The notes below the pieces were generated by a model. It did not search any database and was not told the origin of the DNA. It worked only from the letters and a program-made list of their open reading frames with translations. Of a DNA stretch of 64,000 nucleotides, positions 24,180 to 36,037 are shown one piece after another; the stretch's first letter is position 1; each line of letters begins with the position of its first letter. Source of the DNA: Anolis carolinensis (taxonomy: Eukaryota); the NCBI RefSeq assembly GCF_035594765.1, contig NC_085841.1, forward strand, positions 300,957,402-301,021,401. The letters are read 5' to 3'. The position numbers and the translations under genes are program-made.

Positions 24180-24390
24180 ATACAGTGTTCTGAACATTGA
24201 AAAATGACACTGGGGACTAGGATTTGAATTTCAGCTCAGCCATGGAAACCCATTGCATGACCTGGGCCAATTGTACTCTCTCTGCCTCAGAGGGAGGCAA
24301 ATGCAACCCCCTTTCAACAAATCTGGCCAAGAAAACCTCATAATAGGTATGCCTTTGGGTTACCAAAAGTTGGAAATAACTTAGGCACAC
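24180..24390 (+). mobile_element. Old CORE/MIR-like SINE
   Basis: GGATTTGAATTTCAGCTCAGCCATGGAAACCC...TGACCTGGGCCAA...CTCTCTGCCTCAG body; tail ends GGCACAC. Confidence 0.65.
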
Positions 24391-24429
24391 ATTATTATTT
24401 TTTTTCCTTTTGACTCAACTGTCCTCCCT

Positions 24430-24556
24430 TGTGGGAACACGAGAGAAGCAGGATGGTAACACATCTGGGCATCTCCTGGGTAATGTCTCTGTAGATGGCC
24501 AATTCTTTCACACCAGAAGCGACTTGCAGTATGTTCTCAAATAGCTTCTGACACAA
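24430..24556 (+). mobile_element. 3' half of the alternative-body Sauria-type SINE
   Basis: Matches 35905-36026. Confidence 0.8.
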
Positions 24557-24660
24557 TTTAAAAACATCTGTATCTCCATCATTGTTGGCTTTTCCACAAT
24601 AATTTGCAAATTATATCCATGTAGAATATAATGAATTGAGCCTCCTATTCCAAACATATG

Positions 24661-24880
24661 CAATGGGCCTTTGGTGTCTAATTTAGTTCCAGGGACCCTA
24701 TGGATACCAAAATCTATGGATGCGCCACACTCATGTATACAATAGTGTAGCAAAATGTCATCCCTTATATAAAATAGTAAGATCAAGGTTTGCTTTGGGG
24801 ATGGGGGGATTTGAAAAATGTCAAGTCTTGGATGGTGGCATTCATAGTTGTAGAATCCATGGCCACAGAGGGCTGACTGT
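24661..24880. mobile_element. Tigger/MER2-like MITE
   Basis: CA.TGGGCCTTTGGT... ...GAGGGCTGACTG termini; GGATACCAAAATC.ATGGATGC core. Confidence 0.65.
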
Positions 24881-26062
24881 GTGCAAGAGAACATTTTATT
24901 ATTTTGAGAGCTCTACATCAACAGGCTGCTGTTCATCATTCAAAATTACTCCCTCTTCAAAGCTTTCAATCTGAAAGGCTTACAGGATAACTCTTAACTT
25001 CTCAAGTATCTCTTCCTGAATGTTTTGGGACTTATTCCGTGCAAACATGCATAATATTGGTCTTTAGAAAATGCAGGGGGAAAAGAGGGAAGACATCTAT
25101 GTGAGACTGCTTGGAGCAGAAGTAATGGTAACAGCTATTTATACCGGCCAGCTAAGCTAGCATCTTCCTTTCATTCTGGAAAAGTGGAAGTGGTACCTCC
25201 CAGACAGCAAAACTATAAAGTCCTTCCTGAGCAAGCTATGGTTGTGGCAAGGTTAAGTTCTCAACAATTAGTAATATGATGACTTGCCAGGGCCTCATTA
25301 TAAAGGCCAGGTGAAGTGTCCCGCTTTGCCTGGCAACTGGGAGAAAAGAGAGAGATAGTGTGTTGAATCTATTGCCCTGTGCACAGCTCCATCTCAGCAA
25401 TGGTTTCCCTATCACATGGGGAAAGAGCTGTCCTCCTGGCAAGGCCCAGTGCTATCTCCATTGGAACCAGCACAACATGGAAAGCCTTCCCTGTTGGGAG
25501 AAAAGCATCCAGTGATGCTTTCACCCGGTTGTGGGCGGATCCCCTGCCATTGTGTGATGGCTGATGTGGGGCTCCATCCTGAAGATGGTGCCCTAGGATG
25601 CTGATTTCAGTAAGTATGATGAGGTCCTTGGTCTTGCTGGGGGGAGATAGAAGTGGACTTGCAATTTCCCAGGAGCCCATTAGATCAAAAGGTATTTTTG
25701 TCACAGACAAACTGAATTTCTGAAGTACTCTTCAAGAAGATTCTTGAGAAAATAACTGTTACTCTTACCGAGCACACTATGTACATACTTTGTCAGCAAA
25801 TGTTCTTCATGGATTTCATGGTTTGGTTATAAAGCAAGGATAATAGCAGCTAGTTCAGAGAATATTGGATATTGAAGACTAAGAATGTTAGCCTTGGCCT
25901 ATTCAGAAAGATTCCTCCTCCACAGAGTAGCTATTGATGTAAAACTTCATACATTGTAATTCAACACTTGAAACCACAAAGGAGAGAAAATATCTACATT
26001 GGTGAATAACCAGTGGTGTCTTCCCTTTTGTTTCCCTATTGTTTCTTGTTTAGTCCACTCTT

Positions 26063-26196
26063 GGGCTCCTTCCACACAGCTGAATAGAATCCCACATTAT
26101 CTGTTTTGAACTGGAATATATGGCAGTGTGGACTCAGATAACCCAGTTCAGAGCAGATATTGTGGGATTTTCTGCCTTGGCTGTGTGGAAGGGCCC
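26063..26196. mobile_element. Palindromic MITE, Harbinger-like
   Basis: GGGCTCCTTCCACACAGC / GCTGTGTGGAAGGGCCC TIRs. Confidence 0.8.
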
Positions 26197-29139
26197 TGTG
26201 TGCTCAGGTTATGTACTACATATTTTATTTCTTTAAAAATACATATTTATCTTGTCCTTTATTCAGTGAAGTCAAGGCAGCATACATGGGTTTTCTCCTG
26301 ACTGTAACCTCATTAAAACAATTTGCAGGAAAAGAGATTTCACCTAAACATTAGGAAGATTTGCCCATCAATAGCGAGGGATGGGTTACCTGTGGGGAAG
26401 AGACAGAACAGCAGTGGGTTGCACAAAGCGTTGTGCGATAGGGACCACGACCAAAGGTGAAGCTCAAGCTTCAATGTCAGCTTGCATGTCTTGTCCGTAG
26501 TCTATAGAATATTGTTTGAGAGTCAAAAAGATCTCAGTAGTAGTTCAGAAGTATACAAATATTTGATCTGCTCAAGCATTGTATGGATGGCAGAAATGGG
26601 AACATCACTTCATCTGGTGAATGTTCAATTATTTCAACAGTTTGAGGGCAAGGAGCAGACCAGTCCATAACCCATAGAGGGGAAGCATATCTATTTTAAA
26701 TATCTATTTTAAGCTACCTATATATGGCAAATGCTGTCTTTTAAAACTCAAACTATACTTCCTGCCCACTCCCATTATCCGTATTTATCTCTGTTTCCAC
26801 AGACATTTATCCTAATTCTGAGTTTTGTCTCTTATCTTCTATGGCAAAGCACTCTTTCTGTGACTAAATGTGCTAATTTTGCAGATGTTGTTCCCTGTAA
26901 CTGTTTATCATGAAGATTAATTGTCTTTCATTAGACAAGTTCCAGGTGTTGCATTAACTAAGCTCCTTCTCAGAACTGATTCTTCCTTGTGTTAACGTCT
27001 TCCTTGTTCTGCAGAGCATCCCAAATCAAATCAGTAAGAATCACTGCTATGTAGTGAATAAAATTGCTTTTCATTTTAAGAGTTTAAAACTGCCCATGAT
27101 GGAAGTGAAAGGGGGCATCTCGGGAGCTGTGGTTGACACCCTCAAAAATTTAAAATAGATTATTAAAGTGAAATAGATTAAGAATCATAACTGTGGTTAT
27201 ATTTTCAACATCTCCTTCATCCAAATATGTTAGACCAAATAAATATAAAGGGGTGGCATGAACTCTCTGCCATACACATCCACCTTAATCTAACACATTG
27301 GAATAGCCACGGTGACATAAATGATTACTTGCTCCATGTTTGAAAACTGAGCATATGTTAAACTGGTTTGGACAGACATATAGAAAATCAGACCCCAGCT
27401 ATGTGGCATATTATGTCTAATGCAGAAAATCGCAGTGTTGGGAGGCTCTGCCCTCATAAATTGAAGATATTTTGCATAATTTTGAAAGATGTTGTTGTTT
27501 CAGCGAAGAAACAACCACCATGAACACAAAGAAAACATTGGAAGCTAGATTGCACCAGTTACAAAAACATTGCTCAATTCAGTCCCATGGTGGCATAGTT
27601 TCACAAAGACACAAATTCATCTTTCCACAGTCCTGAATGTAAAGCAGGGAAGTGGTTCAAAATATGGGTCTAAAGGTTCTGCACCAAAAACTAAATTTAT
27701 GCTGGGAATCTTTCAAAAGGAACAAGATTACTTTTGACCAAAAGGAGAGTGCCTTTTGCTCAGTGATAATTTACTGTGACCAGCACCAACTTATCGGCAC
27801 GGGTTTTTAATACAGAAGAGCACTGTAGGACATCAGAATAAATTAAGGCTATATCTGTATTTGAAAGGCTGATAGTATAAAGGAAAGAGAAAAAAAGATC
27901 TAAGGGTCTCTATAGAATTGAGAAGAAGTACAAGTTCTGAGACTGAAATGCTGCTGTTGCCAGTTGTAGGGTGTTTTTGTAAGGGACATCAGCACATTTC
28001 AACTGCATCTTACAATAATGGCTCTTGGTAAACACGTCTCTTCTTATTAGCAAGACATATTTGTATAAGGACCTTGTCATACGTGCCACCAGAAGGATGC
28101 TGTTTTGCCCCACTCCGTCATGGCTTCCGCCCATCTCATCACATGCAGAGAAGAGAAGGAGATGTTGCAACTAAAGTTGGACCTAACATGGCAGTGGCAT
28201 CTCTTCCCCACTTCCACCTAAGGGATGCAGATGCTGAAGGACCTAACAACTGTAGTTACCACTGTTAGAGGCTGGTCATAGAAACCTGTATGTGGCAGAA
28301 GCAAAAACCCTGTCATGATCGGGTAATTATACATTTTCCCAGCACCTGGTTGTCCACATTAATCACCCCACTGAGGGGATAGACCTTGTTTCTTCCCACA
28401 GTTACTTTCAAATTGTAAGCTTTGAGCCTCCCTTCCTTAGCAACAGTAAGGAAGGAAGCTACAAGTGCCGTAGGCCCATTGCACAATAACAAAACCAGGC
28501 TTCTCGCCTACTCAGTTACATAATAACCTCACTTGGAGGACATTCAAAAAATAATAGCATTACTGAGGAAAGCTTGGAAAGAGAACCAGCTGAATTGGGA
28601 AAGATCCACACATTCTAATCCAGTAGCAAGGGGCTGAACAGAAACAATGGTTTCTTGGCCCATCACATATATTAAAACATGAGTTCTTGTCACAGCTAAA
28701 GGTGTAATGAAATAAACCTGCTTTGTGACAATGTTCTACTGTTTCCATACTTATTCGTCGAACGTATCACATAAAGATTTTTATCCACTAAATATATTTG
28801 CCTTCTTGATCTGTCTCCCACTTCAAACCTTTTGACAATTCTTTATGACTCCATCTACACTGCCATATAACACAGTTTCAAACTCATATAATGCAGTTCA
28901 ATGTAGTAAAACTGCATTCTATGAATCTATGCTGTGTAGATGGGACCTATAGCTATCATTATCTCCAGCGTGATACAACATTTGTGTGAGAAATAGAAAT
29001 GGCATCTAGACACCATCAGACTGCCACTGTTTTAACAATTACTGCCTGCACTGCTGAAAGGGTCTTCTCAAACTTGAGATCAGGTCTGGCTGGTCCATTC
29101 ATATAAATGAAGAAAGGAATGAGGATATATATTATATTA

Positions 29140-29430
29140 TTTTATTTATTTATTTACAGTATTTATACTGCACCCCTCTCACCCCGAAGGGGACTCAGGG
29201 CAGCTCACAGAACACACACATGGCAAACATTCAATGCCAATTATACAATTAATAAGGACAAACAACACAAACAGAGATAAAGGAAGTTTTCCCCATCTTA
29301 TTTCCAGCATCTTAGAGGCTGTGCTCGACTCTGGCCATGGTGTGTGTGTGTGTGTGTGTGTGCGTGTGTCCTGTTGCTCCATCTTCCAAGCTGAGGAGCT
29401 TTTCCTCTGATTGATGTCCTTAAGGACGTC
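29140..29430 (-). mobile_element. L2-type LINE/SINE 3' end with embedded (TG)n
   Basis: (TTTA)n plus CCCTCTCACCCCGAAGGGGACTCAGGGC, the same tail as the SINE at 16736, with a different upstream body. Confidence 0.7.
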
Positions 29431-29480
29431 TTTATTATGCCCTTAAGGGTAATATTAAGGGTGTACATGAGGCTGTAAAG

Positions 29481-29615
29481 CAATGGTTCCCAACCTTTGG
29501 TCCTTCAGGTATTTTGAATTTCAGCTCATACAATTCCTAACAGCTGATAAGCGGGCTGGGATTTTTGGGAGTTGAAGTCAAAAACACCCAGAGGACCAAA
29601 GGTTGGGAACCAAGG
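29481..29615. mobile_element. hAT-Charlie-like MITE
   Basis: Long TIR CAATGGTTCCCAACCTTTGGTCC / GGACCAAAGGTTGGGAACCAAGG; 8-bp TSD CTGTAAAG / CTGTAGAG. Confidence 0.85.
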
Positions 29616-31920
29616 CTGTAGAGGGAAGAGGAGACAGACTGGTCCTGACCATGATTGGAATGTATACGCTACTCATGGAAGAAAGTCATCGCTAACTTTT
29701 CTCTTTTTAATTAGATGGAAAATAGCCATTTCCTTATATATCACAAAGCACTCAAATACATAACAGAAAGTAAACTTTACCAGGAAGCATTTTCTAAAAG
29801 TAAGAAAGAGAGGCAGAAATCAAAACCTCTCCCTCATAGTCTCTGGACAGCATGGACTTACAACAGAGTTACTCTAGCCACAATTTAGATACTTCAGTTT
29901 GATTCAAAGATGTTTAGTTATTTTTTTAACTAAATGGTAGCTATAAATCAAAATGCTTAGCAGAATAGAGACACTGACATTTATACTTAGAATGTTGATG
30001 AAGAAAACCTCAAACAATTGCTTTAGAAGGTGAAATGGGCAGATTACATTAAGCTTTCTCTTTATCTACAATCTGTAATTTCCTGTTTCATCTCTGTTTT
30101 TTCAAAAGCGGTAGGTAGAGCCAGCTGGAGATATATTGCCTGAAGCAAAGAACAAAATGGCACCTCTCCCATTCTATGTACAAAAACTGATTAGACTGGG
30201 AGTTGGTGATGGGGCAGCTTTCTCTCCTACAAAGACCATTCTTTATGCTTAAGGCAGACTGTATGGTACATACTTCTGTCCTCCATCACCTTCCTGCGAC
30301 CTCCCAGCAACTGTTGTCAGAAGCAACTGCCTCACACCTCGTAATTCTGATCCAGCTCTGGCAATAGAATTAAACCCTGAATTCACTGTGTTGACTAATA
30401 TTGGATAACTAAAGTTTGATGCCAACAGTGTTACCCACATAGGCCTCATCTGACACAAGGTTTCCCCATTCCCAAGCCATTTTCAGATATTATCCTAAAT
30501 GAGAAGTTTGTAGTTTGCATCTCTTTTATTATATTGAAGTCATACCCACATTGTTGAACAAAGATCAGCATTACATTACTGGGGTTTCATACAACTTTCA
30601 ACTATTCTGGCTCCATTCTGTGGAATCTCTGAACTTGTAGTTTGATGAGGTTCTCAGAACTTTCTGCAGAGAGGTAGAGCTCTCCAGCAAAGAATTCTAA
30701 GGACTTTGGGTATCATGTCTTATGCATGGATCTAACTAATTAGATCTGACTTTACAACGGAGAATTGAAATTTTGCACAGCCTTACTTCCTAATTCTTTT
30801 TTTTTCCAGTAATGTTAACCCAGAAGAACCTTTAGAGGGCAGCAGAGGCCACAACAGATAGTTACTAGGCAAACTATGAAAACGGCTTAAATCTATGATG
30901 GCAGTTATGATTAGAATAATAGATTTATTTGGCTTTTTAATTGTTGACCTTACATTGCTTTAGATTAAAGTCTAAGGCATTAAATGTGTATCTCCCTTTC
31001 ATAAGTAATTTATTTTTAAGAGCATGGATGAAGGTGGCAAATAGAATCCCCCTCCCAGGATTCTTCTCAGATTGGCTTTGAACCTATTTATCCTCTCCTT
31101 TTTTATTTTCTTTCATATGAAGGTTGTGGAAGTATGAATTCTTAGGAATTCATTGGAAAGAGATAAGTTCCTTTTTTCGGGAAAGGCATAATTAGGAATT
31201 GTGTATTATATAAAGAGTAAATGGTGTAAAAATGTGCAGCAAAATACAAATCATTCAAGTGTAGTATAGAAATGGAAGTCATAGCCATCTGATTTTCCTG
31301 CTCTTTTTATGCCATCTGTTCCACTTTCTCAGTTATCACAGTCAGTTTAAGCTGGGCTTCGAAACAAGCCTGTTTTTAAATCCTGAGCTGTCCTTAGTAT
31401 GACACTGAGAAATCACAAAATTTGCTATGGGCGGCAGTAATGGTTTTTCAATAGCAAAGATCTGGAGATTCAATAAGCAATGCATGGAACAGTGGACTTG
31501 TGCTCTAGTACTCATTTTTCAAGGCATTTCTCAGTTCCTGAGGTTAGTAATTCAACTCCTAGAATGAGGAGTAACCCGTTGAAAAGCCTTCAGTAGACTA
31601 TGGAAGATTTCCTGAAGCTCCCTGTTGAATTATTTTTACAGCACTGTTTATTCCTACTTCTTATGCTGAAGATATATGAAAGCAAACAGTTTATCTGAGG
31701 GCCTAAGCTCATTCCTGTCCTCAAGGTTTACTAATCCCCCTGCTCAGTAGGACCTATTTCCAGAACAACAAGTTGTGTAGTAACACAGGATTATGCTATC
31801 GAGAAAAGAAAGAAGACAAGTGGCTATAGTAGATGGAAGTATCATGAGGCACAGCTAAGGTCAGACATACGAAAGATATTGTGGATACTGGTAGCTATAT
31901 ATTACACGGCATTGCTTAAA

Positions 31921-32249
31921 CAAGTTGAACATCTCTTATACTGAATTCCAAAATACTCCAAAATCCAAAATTGTCCACATGGGTGGCTGATATAGTGTCA
32001 ACCTTTGCTTTCTGATGGTTCAATGAACACAGCTTTACTTCATACATAATTTATATATATATGTATATTGTGTATAAAATTACCTTATGTGTATAACGTG
32101 TCTAGGAATGTAATATTTGACTTGGGTCCCATCGCCAAGATTTCTCATTACATAGTTATATGCAAATACAAGTACCCCAAACTCTGAAAAAATCCAAAAT
32201 CCAAAGCACTTCTGGTCCCAAACATTTCAAATAAGAGATACACTACCTG
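31921..32249. mobile_element. Tigger-like MITE, complete
   Basis: TIR CAAGTTGAACATCTCTTAT / ATAAGAGATACACTACCTG; same family as the copies at 19383 and 55733. Confidence 0.8.
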
Positions 32250-32894
32250 GACTGAATATTAAATAATGTAATTTTCTACAGTCCCCCATCAGCTCTTTAA
32301 GAGGTGCAAAGGAGGAAAGATAGAGAGTGCATCTGTAGACTCCACTTTATGGCCCAATGCTTCAATGGCTCAATGCTATTGAATTATGGGAGTTGTTCGT
32401 TTACAAGGTCTGTAGTGTTCTCTGCCAATAGTGCTGATGCTCACTAAAATACAAATCCCATGACTTCATAGCACTGAGTTGTTAAGGCAGGCCTTCCTTT
32501 AGATATTTTCCTGGCCTTGTTTCTCAATTAAGATCAGGATTGATGAGATTATAAATTACATAAGTTTTATTACTGCAGTAAAAAACTAACAGGTGCCTCT
32601 GGAATAGCCAGGTGTACCATGAAGAACAAAGAAAATGGCAGGTCACACGGAACATCACACAGAAACATGCTAACATTTCTCTCCTAGCCCCACCTCTCAA
32701 CTCCTAGTGCTACTTCCTGGTTGTCCCTCCTAGTTGCCACACTGAGCATGTCCAAGATTTTTCAGACCAAATTTTAATGTTTATTCAGACTTTGCAACTG
32801 TCTTATCTTATCTTTTTGGTTGCCTTTACAGGCCGAAACCTAGTTCAGAGTGTCCCATTGCTGTGGAAACCTAGCTCTCCACATTCCAGCCAAG

Positions 32895-33644
32895 TGACAC
32901 ACTCTAGAGCAGGAACCCTCTGATTTGAACAGCACATAGGTTACTAAAATCAGCAAGCAGTTTATTGTAGAATATATGTAACCAAAGCAATAAAAGGTAG
33001 AAAACAGTATAAATGCAAAATCCAAGATAATCCAGAATCTTTAGCAGGAAACCAGGTCCACCAGTACATAGGAAACCATACAGCAAGGCACATGAAAACA
33101 AGAGATCAAAATAGCAGGAACTCACAGGCAAAAAACTGAATCTTGGCAATAGCTTGATACATGAAACATGGAGCGCTTGGAAATGAAACCAGCATGGATT
33201 AAAGATGTTGACTTGACTGAAATATTAGTCTCCCATGAATCAATATAAACCCTTTCCAAAAGCCGAAACTGACAGGAAAGCATTCTTTCTCACTCTCCCA
33301 ATAGATAACGGGTTGCTATCTTTGCTGTAAATGAGCAGAATGCCTGAGATTCTGAAAGTGCTGCCTCTGTTTACTAAAACTCTGCTTTCTGTTCAAGGTT
33401 TCGCTATCCTCTCCCCCAGACCTGGCAAAGCAATTTCAGTGTCATTTTCAGGCTGCTGCTTTGAGAAATTCAGTGAAAGGTCTTTCCCAGCAATATGACC
33501 TTGCTCAGGCTCTTGCTCAGGTCTCTCTTCTGAACTTAACTCTGACTTGAGCCCATCATCAGGCCCAGCAACCCCATTACCTCATCATCATTGCCATCAT
33601 GAGCGTCAGACACAATCACAGGCTGAACAGGCTGACATACAACA
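32895..33644 (-). mobile_element. Solo LTR, older and more divergent relative of copies 1 and 2 (750 bp)
   Basis: TGACAC...ACAACA termini; TSD CCAAG / TCAAG (4 of 5 match); minus-strand AATAAA near 32961-32966; decayed ORF with LNRKQSFSKQRQHFQNLRHSAHLQQR. Confidence 0.8.
33316..33643 (-). pseudogene. Frameshifted remnant of the LTR-internal ORF
   Basis: Starts VVCQPVQP at LTR base 2; acidic tract with at least 2 frameshifts; terminal motif aligns without gaps to the ORFs of the other two LTRs. Confidence 0.65.
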
Positions 33645-34545
33645 TCAAGATTCTTACTCTTACCAACTTATCCCTGTTGTGTTACTGAACCAACATTTCA
33701 AAATGACCATTTAATATAGAAATTATTCTTCTAATAATTAATAACAATTATATTATTCCGGCCAGGTGCATCTTCAGAGTCAGGGCAATTAAAGTGTCAA
33801 ACTGCATTAATTTGTCAGTGTAGATCATTCAGACTTTTAAAGTATTAATAATGTATCCATCTGCTTACCTAGGCACAACACACAAACATAATACAGGTAG
33901 TTTGGCAGGTTGGAGTCTGTCAAAAGATGTGTCTTGAGGCCCAGCCTCAGACATTTTGCTGCCTAAGGTAAAAGATGGCCATGAAATACTATGGATACAT
34001 CAACACTAACCATTTACATTGTGTCGGGTAATTTCCAAGGCCTTAGCAGAGTGCTGGAAATGTCTCCAAGCCCCAATCCAGCTAGGATCTAAGCTTCCTC
34101 TGTGTGGTGTAGGAATTACATTGCAAGAACAACATATATTCCAAACACAGTTGCTCTTTCTTTAAGCAGGAAGACTTTATCTTCAATAGTTGCAAACAGC
34201 TATATACAATCCTCTCTCTCTCTCTCTCACTTCACTTACATCCGCACTGTCATTAGTTCCTTATCACCATCATCACTGAGCCCATGCCAGTCACATGCTT
34301 TTATACTCTCCCCCATCAGCCACTTGCTTGATCATGGTGACACTGCACTTTACTAGGTGACTATGTCTAGGCCTGAGTGACACAGCACTTTATAATGTGG
34401 CTAGGTCTGAATGACTCAGCAATTTACAATTTTAATATGCCAGGTAATTTTACAAATCTTGATACATTGACACAGTGTAATTGGCCCCATGACAGCTTAA
34501 TGTCCTATGGGTTGATCCAACTTTACCAGGATCAAGGGCACTATA

Positions 34546-34587
34546 ATGCTACCTTGCCCTGTGTTATGCTACCTTGCCCTGTGTTAT
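34546..34587. repeat. Perfect 20-bp tandem duplication abutting the LTR
   Basis: ATGCTACCTTGCCCTGTGTT twice. Confidence 0.9.
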
Positions 34588-35503
34588 TGTAACACTCCAA
34601 GGCAGTGTGAGCACTGGAAACCAAACAGAGACCAATAATCATATAATATATTAAAACAGTTATAAATTCAGGAAAGAATAAGTGGAAAGGGTGAGTGAGC
34701 AATAGTCCTTTATGATATGGTATGAATTAGTTCAAAGAGTTGAAGAGAAATGTCCAGTATTATTGTCCAAAGTCCAGAAACCGAAACATGCTCAAAACTG
34801 TTGAAAGTTATTGAGCGGGGAAACACAACAAGGAAGCAAGAGTGAAATAACAAGGTCCAAAGAGCAAGGTCCAAAGAACAAGGTCCAAAGTCACTAGATA
34901 GTCTTTGTCATCAAGGCAGGAATGAGACGGAGTTAAAACCAATCTGGATTCAGGAACAAGGCAAGGAAGTGAATTTACTCCGGTTCAATTGGGAGACGCT
35001 ATTTGGCTTGGCTGCCAGGAAACAGGAGGCTCAGCTTGGTGAAATCAGGGAACTGGAGTCGGTGAAGTGTTCTCAAGGGAGACGCTACGTTGACACCATG
35101 AATTGTTCACAGTGTAAGACACTTTTATGGAACTTGGATGTAATCACAGTGAAAGGAAACCAACTCCCCAAAGATTCCCAAGGGAATCTCCTATCCAGTA
35201 TCCCCTCTAGATGCCAATCGTTTACTCCTGCGAAGTTCCTGTTTCTGTGATCTCTGGCGATACAAAACCTCCCTTCTATTAAAGGATACATTCCCTGGGG
35301 AACTTGGGACATCTGGTTCTACCACGGGAGTAATGTTTTCAGTATCTCTCCCAATTAAGGAAGCATTGGAGCTATCCACAGCTGGGGTCTGTAATTGAAA
35401 GGAGCTCGTAGAAGAACTGGGCAAAAGGTCAGAATAAGCTTCATCCTGGTCGGAGTTCATTTCTAAATCAGGTTTAGAACACAAAGGCGGCTGGGGTATA
35501 ACA
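34588..35503 (-). mobile_element. Solo LTR (Gypsy-like), copy 2, 916 bp
   Basis: TGTAAC...ATAACA; perfect TSD GTTAT at 34583-34587 and 35504-35508; first ~250 bp clearly homologous to 11-300. Confidence 0.9.
35191..35502 (-). CDS. LTR-internal ORF (103 aa, acidic/Ser-rich then LRRSKRL motif)
   Basis: Open from LTR base 2 (VIPQPPLCSKP...) to TAG; homologous to 625-927. Confidence 0.65.
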   Translation of the reverse strand, partial: VIPQPPLCSKPDLEMNSDQDEAYSDLLPSSSTSSFQLQTPAVDSSNASLIGRDTENITPVVEPDVPSSPGNVSFNRREVLYRQRSQKQELRRSKRLASRGDTG

Positions 35504-35777
35504 GTTATGCTAATTCAAGGGAAAGCCCAAGATTTTCTAAGTGTCACCCATCCTTCAGAAGTATATATTAAAGATGTAGAGGAGGTTGTGAAGGGAAGAG
35601 GATATGGAAATTTGACCAGATTAACAACTAACTCTTCTTCACTGGTCATGAGACAGCATCCTCTATGACAACTGAGGGTAACAACCTAGTGTGTGGCAGG
35701 GATGGCTACAAATATGTGGCATAAAACTCTATGCTCCAACATTACACTACTTTTTCTTAGTCTTCAGCATATGCCGC

Positions 35778-36037
35778 AAGAGCCGCAGTGGTGCAATGGG
35801 TTAAACACTTGTGCTGGCTGAACTGCTGACCTGAAGGTTGGTGGTTCGACTCTATGAGACCGGGTGAGCTCCCGTTTGTCAGCTCTAACTTCCATGCAGG
35901 GGCATGAGAGAAGCTTCCCACAGGATGGTAACATATCTGGACATTCCCTGGGTAATGTCTCTGTAGACAGCCAATTCTCTCACACCAGAAACTACTGGCA
36001 GTATATTCTCAATTCACTTCTGACATGGTTTTTAAAA
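35778..36037 (+). mobile_element. Sauria-head SINE with alternative 3' body
   Basis: Head GAGCCGCAGTGGTGCAATGGGTTAAA, B box GGTTCGACTC; TSD AGCATATGC(C/T)GC at 35766-35777 and 36038-36049. Confidence 0.9.

Noticed and set aside
34100-34475. Possible additional old solo LTR
   Set aside because: TG..CA candidates exist, but there is no convincing TSD and no homology to the other LTRs.
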